Source: Candidatus Hydrogenedentota bacterium (GTDB taxonomy: Bacteria; Hydrogenedentota; Hydrogenedentia; Hydrogenedentales; SLHB01). From it: a DNA stretch of 64,000 nucleotides. Shown piece by piece: positions 47,124-57,138 of the stretch. Every line of letters starts with the position of its first letter. Positions within the stretch are counted from its first letter, which is position 1. The stretch is from positions 21,545 to 85,544 of the forward strand of contig JARKSN010000175.1 in the NCBI GenBank assembly GCA_029974275.1, given 5' to 3'. The notes under the pieces are model-generated. The model worked only from the letters and a program-made list of their open reading frames with translations, was not told the origin of the DNA and did not search any database. Both the position numbers and the translations under genes were made by a program.

Positions 47124-49496
47124 GTGCGATTCGGTAAACGCTACAAAAATCCGCTTCTGTGGGGACGACGTCCGCCTGAACGCGATCAGGATGGAGACGT
47201 TTCCTTTTCCGAGGTGGACGAAGTGGTGCTCAAGCCCGTGGCCCCGGAGGAACGCAACGCCTTGTTGGGCGCGCCTTCCGCATCGATCCCGCCTGCTCCC
47301 GGCGCGCCGCATGCCGGCAACATCGCCCAGCATTTGCTCACGGCCTTGGGCCGGTTTCAACGGCACATCGCGCAGGCCCGGGAAGGGGCTTCGCCGGAAT
47401 CCTGGGTTGACGAAAGCATGGATCAACTCGAAATCGCCGTCGGGATCGCCGTGAAACAAGGCTGGAACCACGCCGTCGAGGCCCTCACCGAAACGGCCAA
47501 GGTCTTGCACAGCTACGAAACCGCTCGCCGCGCGCACGAGTGCATTCCTTTCTTGACGGAAAGCAGCGAAGCGCTGTGTCTCATGGCGGGGGAACTCATC
47601 AACGGCGAGGAAAAATCCGATATCCTCCCCAAATGGGAAGAGTGTCACCGGCGCGTCCTGCGTGAAATGCGCGACCGAAAAATCGCCATGACCGGGGACG
47701 AGGAGAAAGGGCCGGAAGCATCGGCCGCGGACGAGAAGGAGGACTCCATGCCGCCTCACGACGTTTCTCCGGACGAGGATTGGGACAGGCGCCGCGAACC
47801 GGCGCAACCGACCGTCTCGGCTTCGCCTTTCCCGCTGGACGATGCGGTCTCCGACAACGAGACGGACGCGTCTGATCTGGCCATCGTGGGAGACCTTGCC
47901 CCGTTGAACGTTGACGGAACGCTCGGCGAGGAACCCGTGGATATCTCCGCTTACCCGTGGGACGATCAGACGAACGAGGGAGGCGCAAGCCCCGACGTCA
48001 AGACTTGGGACATCGAGGAAACGCCCCTCGACGCGACCGAGGCGGACGCCCCATCCCGCGCCGAGGCTTTCCCCGAGACGGAGCCGGAAGAAGACACGGA
48101 CGAGGACGAGATCGAAGACGACGTCGAGGAGGAAACGGCGGACGAGGACTCTGTCGTCTTCGTCGACGAAGATCCTGTCCCGGCCTCCGTCGACCCCGAG
48201 GAAGAAGAAGACCGTGAAGAAGAGGATGAGGATGACCTCCTCCTCGAAGAGGAAGTCGATGCCGCCGCTTCCGAACCGGAGGAAATCCCGGAGGAAACGC
48301 CTGCTCCGGCGGCCAGCGAACCTTTGCCTGAAATCGTCGAGACGCTCGACCGCCTTTGCGAGTGCCTCGCCCAATTCGGAGAAGCGCCGCCCTCCCTGCG
48401 CCCGCAACTCCTCGGCGAAATTGAAACCTGTCTTGCGGCCCTGCAGCATGACGCCGCCGCGCGCATCCATTCCGGAAGCGTCGAGGCATGCCGGACCATC
48501 GCCCGTTTGTGCCGAGTGGCCGCGGAACAGCCCGGAACCATCGACGATCGCTTTTTCGAACTGGCGTATGGTTTTTGCGGCATTTACACCGAAGCGAGCG
48601 CCGATCCTTCGGATCCCGCTGCGCGCCACTGGCGGGATGAATGCGACGCGCTTATCGAAGAATTGACCGGCAAGGCCCACGAAGCTTCCCGAGCGGCGTC
48701 CGCTGTTCCGGTGCAGGCCGAACTCGACATGACCGGCCACGCCGAACCGGAGACCTTTGAGGTTCCGCAGGAAGACGCCGCCCCCGCCGCATCCGAGCCG
48801 CCGCCTTCTCCTCCGGAACAAGACCCCGGCGACTTGCTCGACGCTGCACGCCAACTCATGGCGGAAGGCAATACGGCCGACGCGAAACTGACGGCGCTCG
48901 TGGCCGCGTTGACCATAGGCCAAGCCCAAGTCGCTGATGCGCATGCCCGCGTCACCCTGGCGGAACGTCGCTTGCGCGAGAGCGCGACCGCAATCGATCA
49001 GGCGCGACTGTCGGTGCGCGACGCCGAGCAAGCCGTCGAGTCGGCGGAATGGCACGTCGCGAACACCCGCGCGAACATCGAAACGATGCAGGGAAATATC
49101 CAGGAGATCGAGGCGCAGGACGCGGCGCTCGATGCGACGATCGCGGATATCGAAGAGCAAATCCGCCAGCTTCAGGCGCGTCGCGACGCCGAACAAGCAA
49201 ACAAAGCCGAGGTTCTCGAACGCCTTCAGGCGGAACAGACGCTCAAAGAACAAACGGAAACCGAGCGGGACCGCCTGGAGCAAGAAGAAGAGGCGGCGCG
49301 GCTGCGCCTGGAAGACGAACGGCAACGGGTCAAGGACCTGCAGCGGCGCAGGACGGAGATCGAAGCCGCCATGACGCGCGCCCGCGAGGTGCTTGCGCGC
49401 CAGATGACTTCGTTCGCGGACATTCAGGCGACCGTGGAACAGATTCGCAGCGTCGAGGCCGGTTCCCCGGCGGACTCGGAAGAGTTTTTGTTTTAG
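47124..49496 (+). CDS. Large hypothetical protein: helical domains, highly acidic disordered linker, C-terminal coiled coil
   Basis: Long ORF with host-like codon usage; D/E-rich centre; heptad-like E/Q/R/A tail; start inferred from the promoter and RBS. Confidence 0.75.
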   Translation: MRFGKRYKNPLLWGRRPPERDQDGDVSFSEVDEVVLKPVAPEERNALLGAPSASIPPAPGAPHAGNIAQHLLTALGRFQRHIAQAREGASPESWVDESMDQLEIAVGIAVKQGWNHAVEALTETAKVLHSYETARRAHECIPFLTESSEALCLMAGELINGEEKSDILPKWEECHRRVLREMRDRKIAMTGDEEKGPEASAADEKEDSMPPHDVSPDEDWDRRREPAQPTVSASPFPLDDAVSDNETDASDLAIVGDLAPLNVDGTLGEEPVDISAYPWDDQTNEGGASPDVKTWDIEETPLDATEADAPSRAEAFPETEPEEDTDEDEIEDDVEEETADEDSVVFVDEDPVPASVDPEEEEDREEEDEDDLLLEEEVDAAASEPEEIPEETPAPAASEPLPEIVETLDRLCECLAQFGEAPPSLRPQLLGEIETCLAALQHDAAARIHSGSVEACRTIARLCRVAAEQPGTIDDRFFELAYGFCGIYTEASADPSDPAARHWRDECDALIEELTGKAHEASRAASAVPVQAELDMTGHAEPETFEVPQEDAAPAASEPPPSPPEQDPGDLLDAARQLMAEGNTADAKLTALVAALTIGQAQVADAHARVTLAERRLRESATAIDQARLSVRDAEQAVESAEWHVANTRANIETMQGNIQEIEAQDAALDATIADIEEQIRQLQARRDAEQANKAEVLERLQAEQTLKEQTETERDRLEQEEEAARLRLEDERQRVKDLQRRRTEIEAAMTRAREVLARQMTSFADIQATVEQIRSVEAGSPADSEEFLF

Positions 49497-49630
49497 CGAA
49501 GAGAGACGCACGCTCTGGAAGAACGGACCGGGAATGTCTCGCTGCGCGGCGCTTTTTCCAAGAACGCCCAGGACGATGCGGATCGGCCGGATAGACCGAA
49601 GTTCCCAGCGGAAGGGGGAGTGAATTTACT

Positions 49631-50920
49631 GTGCGCACCAGGCGTGTCATTGTGGGAGCGGTTGATTTTGGATCGCGGGCGATCCGGGTGCTCATTGCGC
49701 GGCGCGACGGCGACGGGCCCATCCAGATCATCGGACACGGCCTCGCCCCCGCCAACGGCTGCGTTTCCCAAGGCGTCATCCAAGACCTGACCGCCGCCAA
49801 AGTGGCGTTCCGCGCCGCGCTGACCGAGGCCGAAAAAGAAGCCCGTTGCCGCGCGGACGCGATCTTCTGCGGCATCAACGGCCGCAACGTCGAAACCTTC
49901 ATCCGCGAAGGCAGCCTGCACGTGCCCCACGAAACGGTGGAGCCCGCCCACATGACCGAGGCCACCGATATCGCCTCCCGCGATATCGCCGTCGCTGGAA
50001 AACACATCGCCTCCTCGCTATTGGCGCAGGAATGGTACGTGGACGACTTGCGCGTCGCGGATCCGCGCGGCATCCATGCGCAAACCCTCAAGACCCGCAT
50101 CCATTTCGCGCGCCTTCCCGCCGTGATCCAGGACAACATCGGCGCGTGCGTCGAGTCGCAGCAACGCGATATGGAAGACACCATTTTCCTGCCGTTGGCG
50201 GCGGCCTTGGGATGCCTGACGGCGGAAGACATGGAGTTGGGCGTGGCGGTTCTCGATATGGGGCGCAGCACGACGGGCCTGGCGGTTTACCGCGACTATC
50301 GCATTCTGGGCACGCAATGTTTCGAATGGGGCGGGTACCATATCACGCGCGATGTGGCGGCGGGCCTGCGCGTGTCCTTCGAGGAAGCCGATGAACTGGT
50401 GCTCGAATACGGCATTTCCGACGCGTTCATCCGCAAGGACGCCGGCGACGACCCGGCGCCGCCCGAACGGACCGTTCCGAACGGCGATCGCGCGGCGCAG
50501 CTTAAATTGAAAACCGCCGTTCACGGAGCCCCATCCATCGTCGATCGCGCGGAACTCGACCAAATCATCTGGGAGCGGGCGCGCGAACTCATGTCGAAAG
50601 TTCGCCAGCACATCCACACCAAGGGGCTCAGCAAAAACCTCGTGCGGGGAATTGTGTTGACGGGCGGATGCTGCACGATCCGGAACTACGTCGCGCTTGC
50701 AGAGTCCATTTTCCAAGTGCCGTGCCGGATCGGGCTTCCCACGTCCGTCGAAATACTCTGCCATGCCGTGAAAAGCCCGGAATTCGCCCCGGCGGTCGGC
50801 ATTGTCCGCCATGGCTTTGCCGTGCGCGCGGCGAATATGGACGGCCGCGCCGAGCCGGGCGGCCCATTGGGAAAACTGATTCGCCGGATCGTCCGTTTCC
50901 TCAAGCGCTACTTTATGTAG
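49631..50920 (+). CDS. ftsA: Cell division protein FtsA
   Basis: AVDFGSRAIRV, GVAVLDMGRSTT, GGYHITRDVA, GIVLTGG, CRIGLP and a C-terminal amphipathic helix LGKLIRRIVRFLKRYF. Confidence 0.88.
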   Translation: MRTRRVIVGAVDFGSRAIRVLIARRDGDGPIQIIGHGLAPANGCVSQGVIQDLTAAKVAFRAALTEAEKEARCRADAIFCGINGRNVETFIREGSLHVPHETVEPAHMTEATDIASRDIAVAGKHIASSLLAQEWYVDDLRVADPRGIHAQTLKTRIHFARLPAVIQDNIGACVESQQRDMEDTIFLPLAAALGCLTAEDMELGVAVLDMGRSTTGLAVYRDYRILGTQCFEWGGYHITRDVAAGLRVSFEEADELVLEYGISDAFIRKDAGDDPAPPERTVPNGDRAAQLKLKTAVHGAPSIVDRAELDQIIWERARELMSKVRQHIHTKGLSKNLVRGIVLTGGCCTIRNYVALAESIFQVPCRIGLPTSVEILCHAVKSPEFAPAVGIVRHGFAVRAANMDGRAEPGGPLGKLIRRIVRFLKRYFM

Positions 50921-51062
50921 CCCGGAAATGCATGGCGGCTCCTTGCGCCGGCGGGGGCGGATCGGTAAGCTGAGACAGTTTGCCCGCCGCACCCATCGCA
51001 CGAGAGGGGGGGCTGGGGGAATATGACGGAAGTTTTCATTCGCAACACGGAGAACGCGTAGC

Positions 51063-53621
51063 ATGGCAACCGTATTGACCTATACCGTGGTCCCAAAGCT
51101 GCCGCCGAAGATCGCGCGGCTCAGCGACATCGCCAACAACTTCTGTTGGTGCTGGGACCCCGAGGCCATCGACTTGTTCTTCCGGATCGATCGCGATCTC
51201 TGGCTCGAAATCGCCCAGAATCCGGTGTTGCTGCTCGGACGGGTCAGCCAGGACCGACTGGAGGCATTGGCGCAGGACGACAGTTTCCTTGCGCACCTGG
51301 ATCGCGTTTGGAAGCGCACCCATGACTACCTCACCGTGAACCCCTGGCGCGATCGCAACCCTTCGGCGCCCCAAGACGTTCTGGCCGCCTACCTTTCCGC
51401 CGAATACGGCATTCACGAATCTCTGGGCGTCTATTCCGGAGGATTGGGGGTGCTTGCCGGCGATTTTCTCAAATCCGTCAGCGACATAGGCCTGCCGTTG
51501 GTGGCCATTGGGCTGCTCTACCGGGAAGGATATTTCCGGCAATATTTGAATGCGGACGGCTGGCAGCAGGAGCGTTATCCGAAAAACGACTTTTACAACC
51601 TGCCTGTTTCGCTCGTGCGCGACGATCAGGGCCAGCCGATCGTTTTCGGCGTTCCCTACCCCGATGGCGAGCTCAGCGTGCGCATCTGGCAGTGCAACGT
51701 CGGCCGCGTGCCGCTGTACTTGCTGGACAGCGATTTCGAAGCGAACGATCCGGACGATCGCGAGATCACGGCGCGACTGTACGGCGGCGACCGCGACATG
51801 CGCATTCGCCAGGAGATTCTGCTCGGCATGGGAGGCGTGCGCGCCCTTCGCGCGATGGGCCTGTATCCGTCGGTCTACCACATGAACGAAGGCCATGCGG
51901 CGTTTCTCACGCTCGAACGCATCGCCGCCCTGATGACCCAGGAAAAACTCACGTTTCCGCACGCCGTCGAATCCGTTAAGGAAGCAAGCGTGTTCACGAC
52001 GCATACCCCGGTTCCCGCAGGCAACGACATGTTCTCGCCGGAAATGATCGAGCATTATTTCGGGGCGTACTGCCGCGACCTCGGCATTCCCATGAACGAC
52101 CTGCTCGCGTTGGGCCGCCAGAACCCCGCCGACGCCCGCGAACCGTTTTGCATGACGGTTTTGGCGCTGCGTCTGTCCGCCGGCGCGAACGGCGTCAGCA
52201 AACTGCACGGTCAAGTCGCCCGAACCATGTGGGAACGCACCTGGCCCGGCGTGCCCGACGACGAGATTCCCATCACCTCCATCACCAACGGCGTGCACAC
52301 GCGCTTCTGGATCTCGCGCGATTTGGCCAGCTTGTACGACCGCTACATCGGCCCATCGTGGATCGCCACTCCCGCCGACGGCGAGGTTTGGAAACGCATC
52401 GACAGCGTGCCCGACGCCGAGCTTTGGCGGACCCACGAGCGCCGGCGCGAGCGCCTGGTCGATTTCGCGCGGTACCGGTTGGCCAAACAACTGCGCGATC
52501 GCGGCGCGCCCCAAGCAGAAATCGCCGCCGCCGCCGAAGTCCTCGATCCCGAGGCCCTCACCATCGGATTTGCGCGGCGTTTCGCAACGTACAAACGCGC
52601 CACGCTGTTTATGAGCGATCCCGAACGCCTTGTGCGCTTGTTGACCGACGCCAAGCGCCCGGTCCAAATGATCATCGCGGGCAAGGCCCACCCGCAAGAC
52701 AACCAGGGCAAGGACCTCATACGCGACATCATCCACTTCGTTCGCAAATACGGCGTGCGGAATCATCTCGTTTTCATCGAGGACTACGACATCAACGTCT
52801 CCCGATACATGGTCCAGGGAGTGGATTGCTGGCTCAACACCCCGCGTCGGCCCATGGAGGCCAGCGGCACGAGCGGCATGAAAGCCGCCTCGAATGGCGT
52901 GCTCAACATCAGCATCTCGGACGGATGGTGGTGCGAGGCCGAAGGTCTGAGCGAGAACGGCTGGACGATCGGACGCGGCGAGGTGTACGACAACCCCGAC
53001 GAGCAGGACGTCTTGGAAAGCGAAACGCTCTACGAAATCCTCGAACGCGAAGCCGTTCCCATCTTCTACGAACGCGGTCGCGACGGCATCCCCCGCGAAT
53101 GGGTGCAGCGCATGAAAAACGCCATCCGGACCATCTGCCCCGTGTTCAACACGCACCGCATGGCCCAGGAATACGCCGACCGCTTCTATCTGCCCTGCAC
53201 CTTCCGCCGCAACGAACTGCGGGCCAACGAGCGCAAACGCTCAAAGGCCCTCACCGTTTGGAAGCAAAAGGTGCGCGCCGCCTGGGACAAAGTCCACTTC
53301 ACCCACATCGAATCGGGCCCGACGGAAGGATTGCCCTTCGGTTCGAGTTTGACGGTCACCGCCGATCTCGCCCTCGACGGCTTGAAGCCTGACGACGTCA
53401 CCGTCGAGATTTACCACGGCGACGTGGATTCCTACAACCGCATCATCAAGGGACGCGCGGACCGCATGGAACTCGTCGAGACAGTCGCCGACAACGTCTA
53501 TCGTTTTCGAGGCGGCATCCTGTGCGACAAAACCGGCCAACAAGGATTCACGGTGCGCGTCATTCCCCATCACGTCGACCTGATGGAGAAACACGAGACC
53601 GGCCTCATCACGTGGGGATGA
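51063..53621 (+). CDS. glgP: Alpha-glucan (glycogen) phosphorylase
   Basis: YSGGLGVLAGD, HMNEGH, FTTHTPVPAG, GFARRFATYKRA and EASGTSGMKA. Confidence 0.95.
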   Translation: MATVLTYTVVPKLPPKIARLSDIANNFCWCWDPEAIDLFFRIDRDLWLEIAQNPVLLLGRVSQDRLEALAQDDSFLAHLDRVWKRTHDYLTVNPWRDRNPSAPQDVLAAYLSAEYGIHESLGVYSGGLGVLAGDFLKSVSDIGLPLVAIGLLYREGYFRQYLNADGWQQERYPKNDFYNLPVSLVRDDQGQPIVFGVPYPDGELSVRIWQCNVGRVPLYLLDSDFEANDPDDREITARLYGGDRDMRIRQEILLGMGGVRALRAMGLYPSVYHMNEGHAAFLTLERIAALMTQEKLTFPHAVESVKEASVFTTHTPVPAGNDMFSPEMIEHYFGAYCRDLGIPMNDLLALGRQNPADAREPFCMTVLALRLSAGANGVSKLHGQVARTMWERTWPGVPDDEIPITSITNGVHTRFWISRDLASLYDRYIGPSWIATPADGEVWKRIDSVPDAELWRTHERRRERLVDFARYRLAKQLRDRGAPQAEIAAAAEVLDPEALTIGFARRFATYKRATLFMSDPERLVRLLTDAKRPVQMIIAGKAHPQDNQGKDLIRDIIHFVRKYGVRNHLVFIEDYDINVSRYMVQGVDCWLNTPRRPMEASGTSGMKAASNGVLNISISDGWWCEAEGLSENGWTIGRGEVYDNPDEQDVLESETLYEILEREAVPIFYERGRDGIPREWVQRMKNAIRTICPVFNTHRMAQEYADRFYLPCTFRRNELRANERKRSKALTVWKQKVRAAWDKVHFTHIESGPTEGLPFGSSLTVTADLALDGLKPDDVTVEIYHGDVDSYNRIIKGRADRMELVETVADNVYRFRGGILCDKTGQQGFTVRVIPHHVDLMEKHETGLITWG

Positions 53622-53711
53622 GCGATCCGTCGAGCGTTCCTGGTTTCGAGCGCGGCGCAAAGGCGATCCCGTCGCTTCGCGACGCGCACAACGAAATAAG
53701 CGGTCTTGCGG

Positions 53712-54596
53712 ATGAAAAACGAACCTGACCCGGCCCCCCTGTCCGCCCGAAAAGTCTCGATCGTCATCGCCGTGTGCTATCGCGACGATTCGGCGTATGT
53801 GCGCGAGGCGGTGTCGAGCGCGCTGGCCCAAACCCACGCAAACCTCGAGGTCCTGGCGGCGGCGGATGGACCATTGCCCGAAGCGACGCAACGGTATCTA
53901 GAGACGACGGCGCGCGAGGACAATCGGTTGCGCGTTATGCCGCTCGCCGGCGGGTTGGGGCCGGCGCACGTCCGAAATGCAGCGATCGCGTGCGCGACGG
54001 GCGATTACATCGCCGTGCTCGACGCGGACGACGTTGCGGCTCCGGACCGCATTGCGCGACAGATTGCTTTTTTGGAGGAAACGGGCGCCGATGTGGCCGG
54101 GTGCTGGTATCGCCTCATCGACGACGCGGGCCGCGTCATTGGGCGGAAGGAAACGCCCTTGACGCCCCACGCGATCCGGCGCGCGCTCTGCTGGTTCAAT
54201 CCCATCGCCAACTCATCGGTTTGCGCGCGCGCCGAGGCGTTGCGCCAGCATCCTTACCGCGAACCTTTCCTGAAAGGGCCGGCTTGTTTCGGCGAGGACT
54301 ATGATTTGTGGGTGACGCTGGCGTTGCACGGATTCGTCTTGCGCAACCAGGAAGCCGAACTTCTTGATTTTCGCGTTGGTTCCGGTTTCTTGACGCGCCG
54401 CCGCGGGTGGGGGGCGTTCCGCACGGATCTCCGTATCAAAATCCGCGCTGTCCGCTTGTATCCGCCGATCACGCGCCCCGTCGCCGTGTTGGCGGCGATC
54501 TGCACGGCGTCGTTTCGCCTGTGCCCCCTCTTTTTGTTGCGCATTGCCTATGCGTTGCGCAACGGACTGCGCTTTTCTTCCGCTCGTTCGCGCTGA
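53712..54596 (+). CDS. Glycosyltransferase family 2
   Basis: VSIVIAV, SALAQT, RNAAI, YIAVLDADD and EDYDLW. Confidence 0.88.
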   Translation: MKNEPDPAPLSARKVSIVIAVCYRDDSAYVREAVSSALAQTHANLEVLAAADGPLPEATQRYLETTAREDNRLRVMPLAGGLGPAHVRNAAIACATGDYIAVLDADDVAAPDRIARQIAFLEETGADVAGCWYRLIDDAGRVIGRKETPLTPHAIRRALCWFNPIANSSVCARAEALRQHPYREPFLKGPACFGEDYDLWVTLALHGFVLRNQEAELLDFRVGSGFLTRRRGWGAFRTDLRIKIRAVRLYPPITRPVAVLAAICTASFRLCPLFLLRIAYALRNGLRFSSARSR

Positions 54597-54719
54597 ATCC
54601 GCCCGCCGTTCATGGCGCGCACGTCTCGCCGCGCGACGAAAACGCGGCGAGACACCCCCCTTCCGCCTTTCGAGGCGCAACGCCCCTCGATCTCGCCTCA
54701 TGCAACGGCAATCAGAACG

Positions 54720-54825
54720 CCAGAGCCGGCTGCTTTTCTACGCCTACGATCGATGTTGCGAGAGCATTTTCGCCAACGTTTCTTGATCGTACCTAGCATA
54801 GGCATAATTGGCGAAAATGCTCTAG
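54720..54825. repeat. ~106-bp palindromic repeat, copy 2 (inverted relative to 4797-4901)
   Basis: Reverse complement reads CTAGAGCATTTTCGCCAATTATGCCT...CAAGAAAC..TGGCGAAAATGCTCTCGCAA; perfect 16-bp stem 54761-54776/54808-54823. Confidence 0.8.
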
Positions 54826-54986
54826 GTGGTCAAATTGCACTTGCCGCCCGTGTAGGACACTTTGGGAGAGTTGCCGCCCAAGGCCCCGATCATCCCGGAA
54901 AACATTTGATTGATCTGGCACAAGAACTGCTGAAACCTGCTGGCGGAAACGGGAACTTCCTTGGAAATGCGATGAAGGTGATTCAC
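54822..54986 (-). CDS. Small 54-aa hypothetical peptide with two cysteines
   Basis: GAAAGGA SD upstream of GTG; MNHLHRISKEVPVSASRFQQFLCQINQMFSGMIGALGGNSPKVSYTGGKCNLTT; lies in an otherwise empty intergenic gap. Confidence 0.6.
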   Translation of the reverse strand: MNHLHRISKEVPVSASRFQQFLCQINQMFSGMIGALGGNSPKVSYTGGKCNLTT

Positions 54987-55284
54987 GTTGCTATCCTTTC
55001 GTTCGGCTAGGAGAACCCTCAACGAAACCTACCGTTTGGACGATCAAAGCCACCGTCCTTGTAAAGAGTTTATGCGCGCCTCCGCGTCTTGTCAAGCCCC
55101 TCCTTGTTTGTTCTTCATCCGCTCGCAGTCGTTTTTTCGCAGGATGCTATAATGCGGCGGCAATGTTCCGGGGGCGGGAGGAATGTCATGAGAAGATTGG
55201 CGCCGCCGGTTGCTGGCAAGTCGCAAGGTTGCGTTTGGGGGCGAACGCATGATTAACGGCGTATTGCGGAATTCGTGAGGGGAC

Positions 55285-57138
55285 ATGGCGAAGCGGGGCA
55301 GGATCATAGACAAACACGCGCCGTCCCAGCGCGTCGGCCTGCGCTCGTGGGCCGTTCCGGCCGGGCTTGTCCTGCTTTCTCTCGCGGTTTTTGCAGGCAT
55401 ATTCCGCAACGGGTTTGTCCTGTACGACGACGACGTCTATATCACCGAAAACCCTTCGGTGAAGGCAGGGCTGACGTGGGCGGGCATGATCTGGGCATTC
55501 ACCGCGGGACATGGCGCAAACTGGCATCCGTTGACCTGGATCAGCCACATGCTCGATTGCCAATGGTTCGGGCTGTGGGCGGGCGGCCACCATCTTGTCA
55601 GCGCGGGTCTGCATTCGCTCAACGCGCTCCTGCTGTTCTTCGTTCTCAAGCGGATGACGCGCGCGACAGCGGCGAGCGCATTTGCCGCGGCATTGTTCGC
55701 GGCGCATCCGCTGCACGTCGAATCCGTCGCATGGGCCGCCGAGCGCAAAGACGTTCTGAGCACGCTGTTTTGGCTACTGACCCTGGCGGCGTACGCGCGA
55801 TATGCCGAACAGCCCAAGGGATCGCGCTACGCATGGGTCATTCTTGCATTCACTCTCGGGCTCATGGCAAAACCCATGCTCGTCACGCTGCCGTTCGTAT
55901 TGCTCCTCCTCGACTACTGGCCGTTGAAGCGCCTTGAGAAGCGTTCCGCGGCGCGGCTTTTCGCGGAAAAGATTCCCATGCTATTGCTCGCAGCAGCGTC
56001 CTGCTTCGTGACCGTCGCCGTGCAGCGGAGCGGCGGAGCCCTAGCAGGGCTCGAATTGGTTCCGCTTGCCGAGCGCGTCAAGAATGCGATCATCGCGTAC
56101 GTCTTTTATCTCGAAAAGACCTTTGCGCCGGCGGGGCTTGCCGTGTTCTATCCGCGCCCTATCGGCGGGCGATCGCTGGAAGCGGCCATGGGCGCGGCGC
56201 TGCTCCTTGGCGCGGCGACCGCGTTTGCGTTTCGCCAGCGAAACCGCCGTCCTTTTCTCTTGATCGGATGGTTGTGGTATCTCGGCACGCTGATTCCGGT
56301 GATCGGTCTTGTGCAGGTGGGCAGTCAGGCCTATGCCGATCGCTACACCTATGTGCCGCTGATAGGCATTTTCATCGCCTTGGCCTGGGCCGGAACGGAA
56401 TTCGCCAATTCCCGGCGCGGCGCGCGCGCAAAAGCCGCGGTCGGCATAGCGGGCATGGCCGTCGCGTTGACGTTTGCCGGACTTTCCGTGCGCCAGACAA
56501 CCTATTGGCGCGACAGCTTCGCCCTGTTCGAGCGCGCCCTCGCCGTGACCCGGGATAACAACGTCGCACACCTCAATCTCGGCAAGCTTCATGCCGAGCG
56601 CGGGGAACTCGATACGGCCATCCCGCATTTCCGCGCCGTGTTGCAACGCTACCCCAATGACCCCAAGGCGAACAGCAACCTCGGCGGCGCGTTGGTGACG
56701 CAGCGAAAATTCGACGAGGCCCTGCCGTTGCTGCAAAAAGCATTGTCTGTGGATGCAACCGATCCGACGACGCACGGAAATCTCGGCAGCTTGCTTGCGC
56801 AACAAGGCAAGGTGAACGAAGCGTTGCCGCATTTCAAAGAGGCGGTGCGCCTCAAGCCCGGCGATGCGCGCGCACACGGCAATCTCGCAGGCGCGTTCAC
56901 TGAATTGGGACGGTACGAGGAGGCGTTGCCGGAATTCGAGGCGGCCATCCGGCTTGATCCCCGCTTCGTGAATGCGCACCGAAACCTCGCGATGCTGCAC
57001 GTACGCCAGGGAAACCTCGCCCAGGCGATCACGCATCTGGAAAAAACGCTGGAACTCGATCCCGGCGATGCGGTGGCGCGGCAAACGCTCGACGAAATCG
57101 CGCGACAACGATCCGCCGCGACAGGAGACGGCGGATGA
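55285..57138 (+). CDS. Multi-pass GT-C-like membrane protein with C-terminal TPRs (TMTC-like), copy 1
   Basis: YDDDVY, NWHPLTW, HPLHVESVAWAAERKDVL, ADRYTYVPLIG, multiple TPRs. Confidence 0.85.
   Translation: MAKRGRIIDKHAPSQRVGLRSWAVPAGLVLLSLAVFAGIFRNGFVLYDDDVYITENPSVKAGLTWAGMIWAFTAGHGANWHPLTWISHMLDCQWFGLWAGGHHLVSAGLHSLNALLLFFVLKRMTRATAASAFAAALFAAHPLHVESVAWAAERKDVLSTLFWLLTLAAYARYAEQPKGSRYAWVILAFTLGLMAKPMLVTLPFVLLLLDYWPLKRLEKRSAARLFAEKIPMLLLAAASCFVTVAVQRSGGALAGLELVPLAERVKNAIIAYVFYLEKTFAPAGLAVFYPRPIGGRSLEAAMGAALLLGAATAFAFRQRNRRPFLLIGWLWYLGTLIPVIGLVQVGSQAYADRYTYVPLIGIFIALAWAGTEFANSRRGARAKAAVGIAGMAVALTFAGLSVRQTTYWRDSFALFERALAVTRDNNVAHLNLGKLHAERGELDTAIPHFRAVLQRYPNDPKANSNLGGALVTQRKFDEALPLLQKALSVDATDPTTHGNLGSLLAQQGKVNEALPHFKEAVRLKPGDARAHGNLAGAFTELGRYEEALPEFEAAIRLDPRFVNAHRNLAMLHVRQGNLAQAITHLEKTLELDPGDAVARQTLDEIARQRSAATGDGG

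Noticed and set aside
48080..48300. GAA/GAG/GAC-rich periodic tract as a repeat array or CRISPR
   Set aside because: Encodes the acidic linker; no repeat-spacer structure and no cas genes in the window
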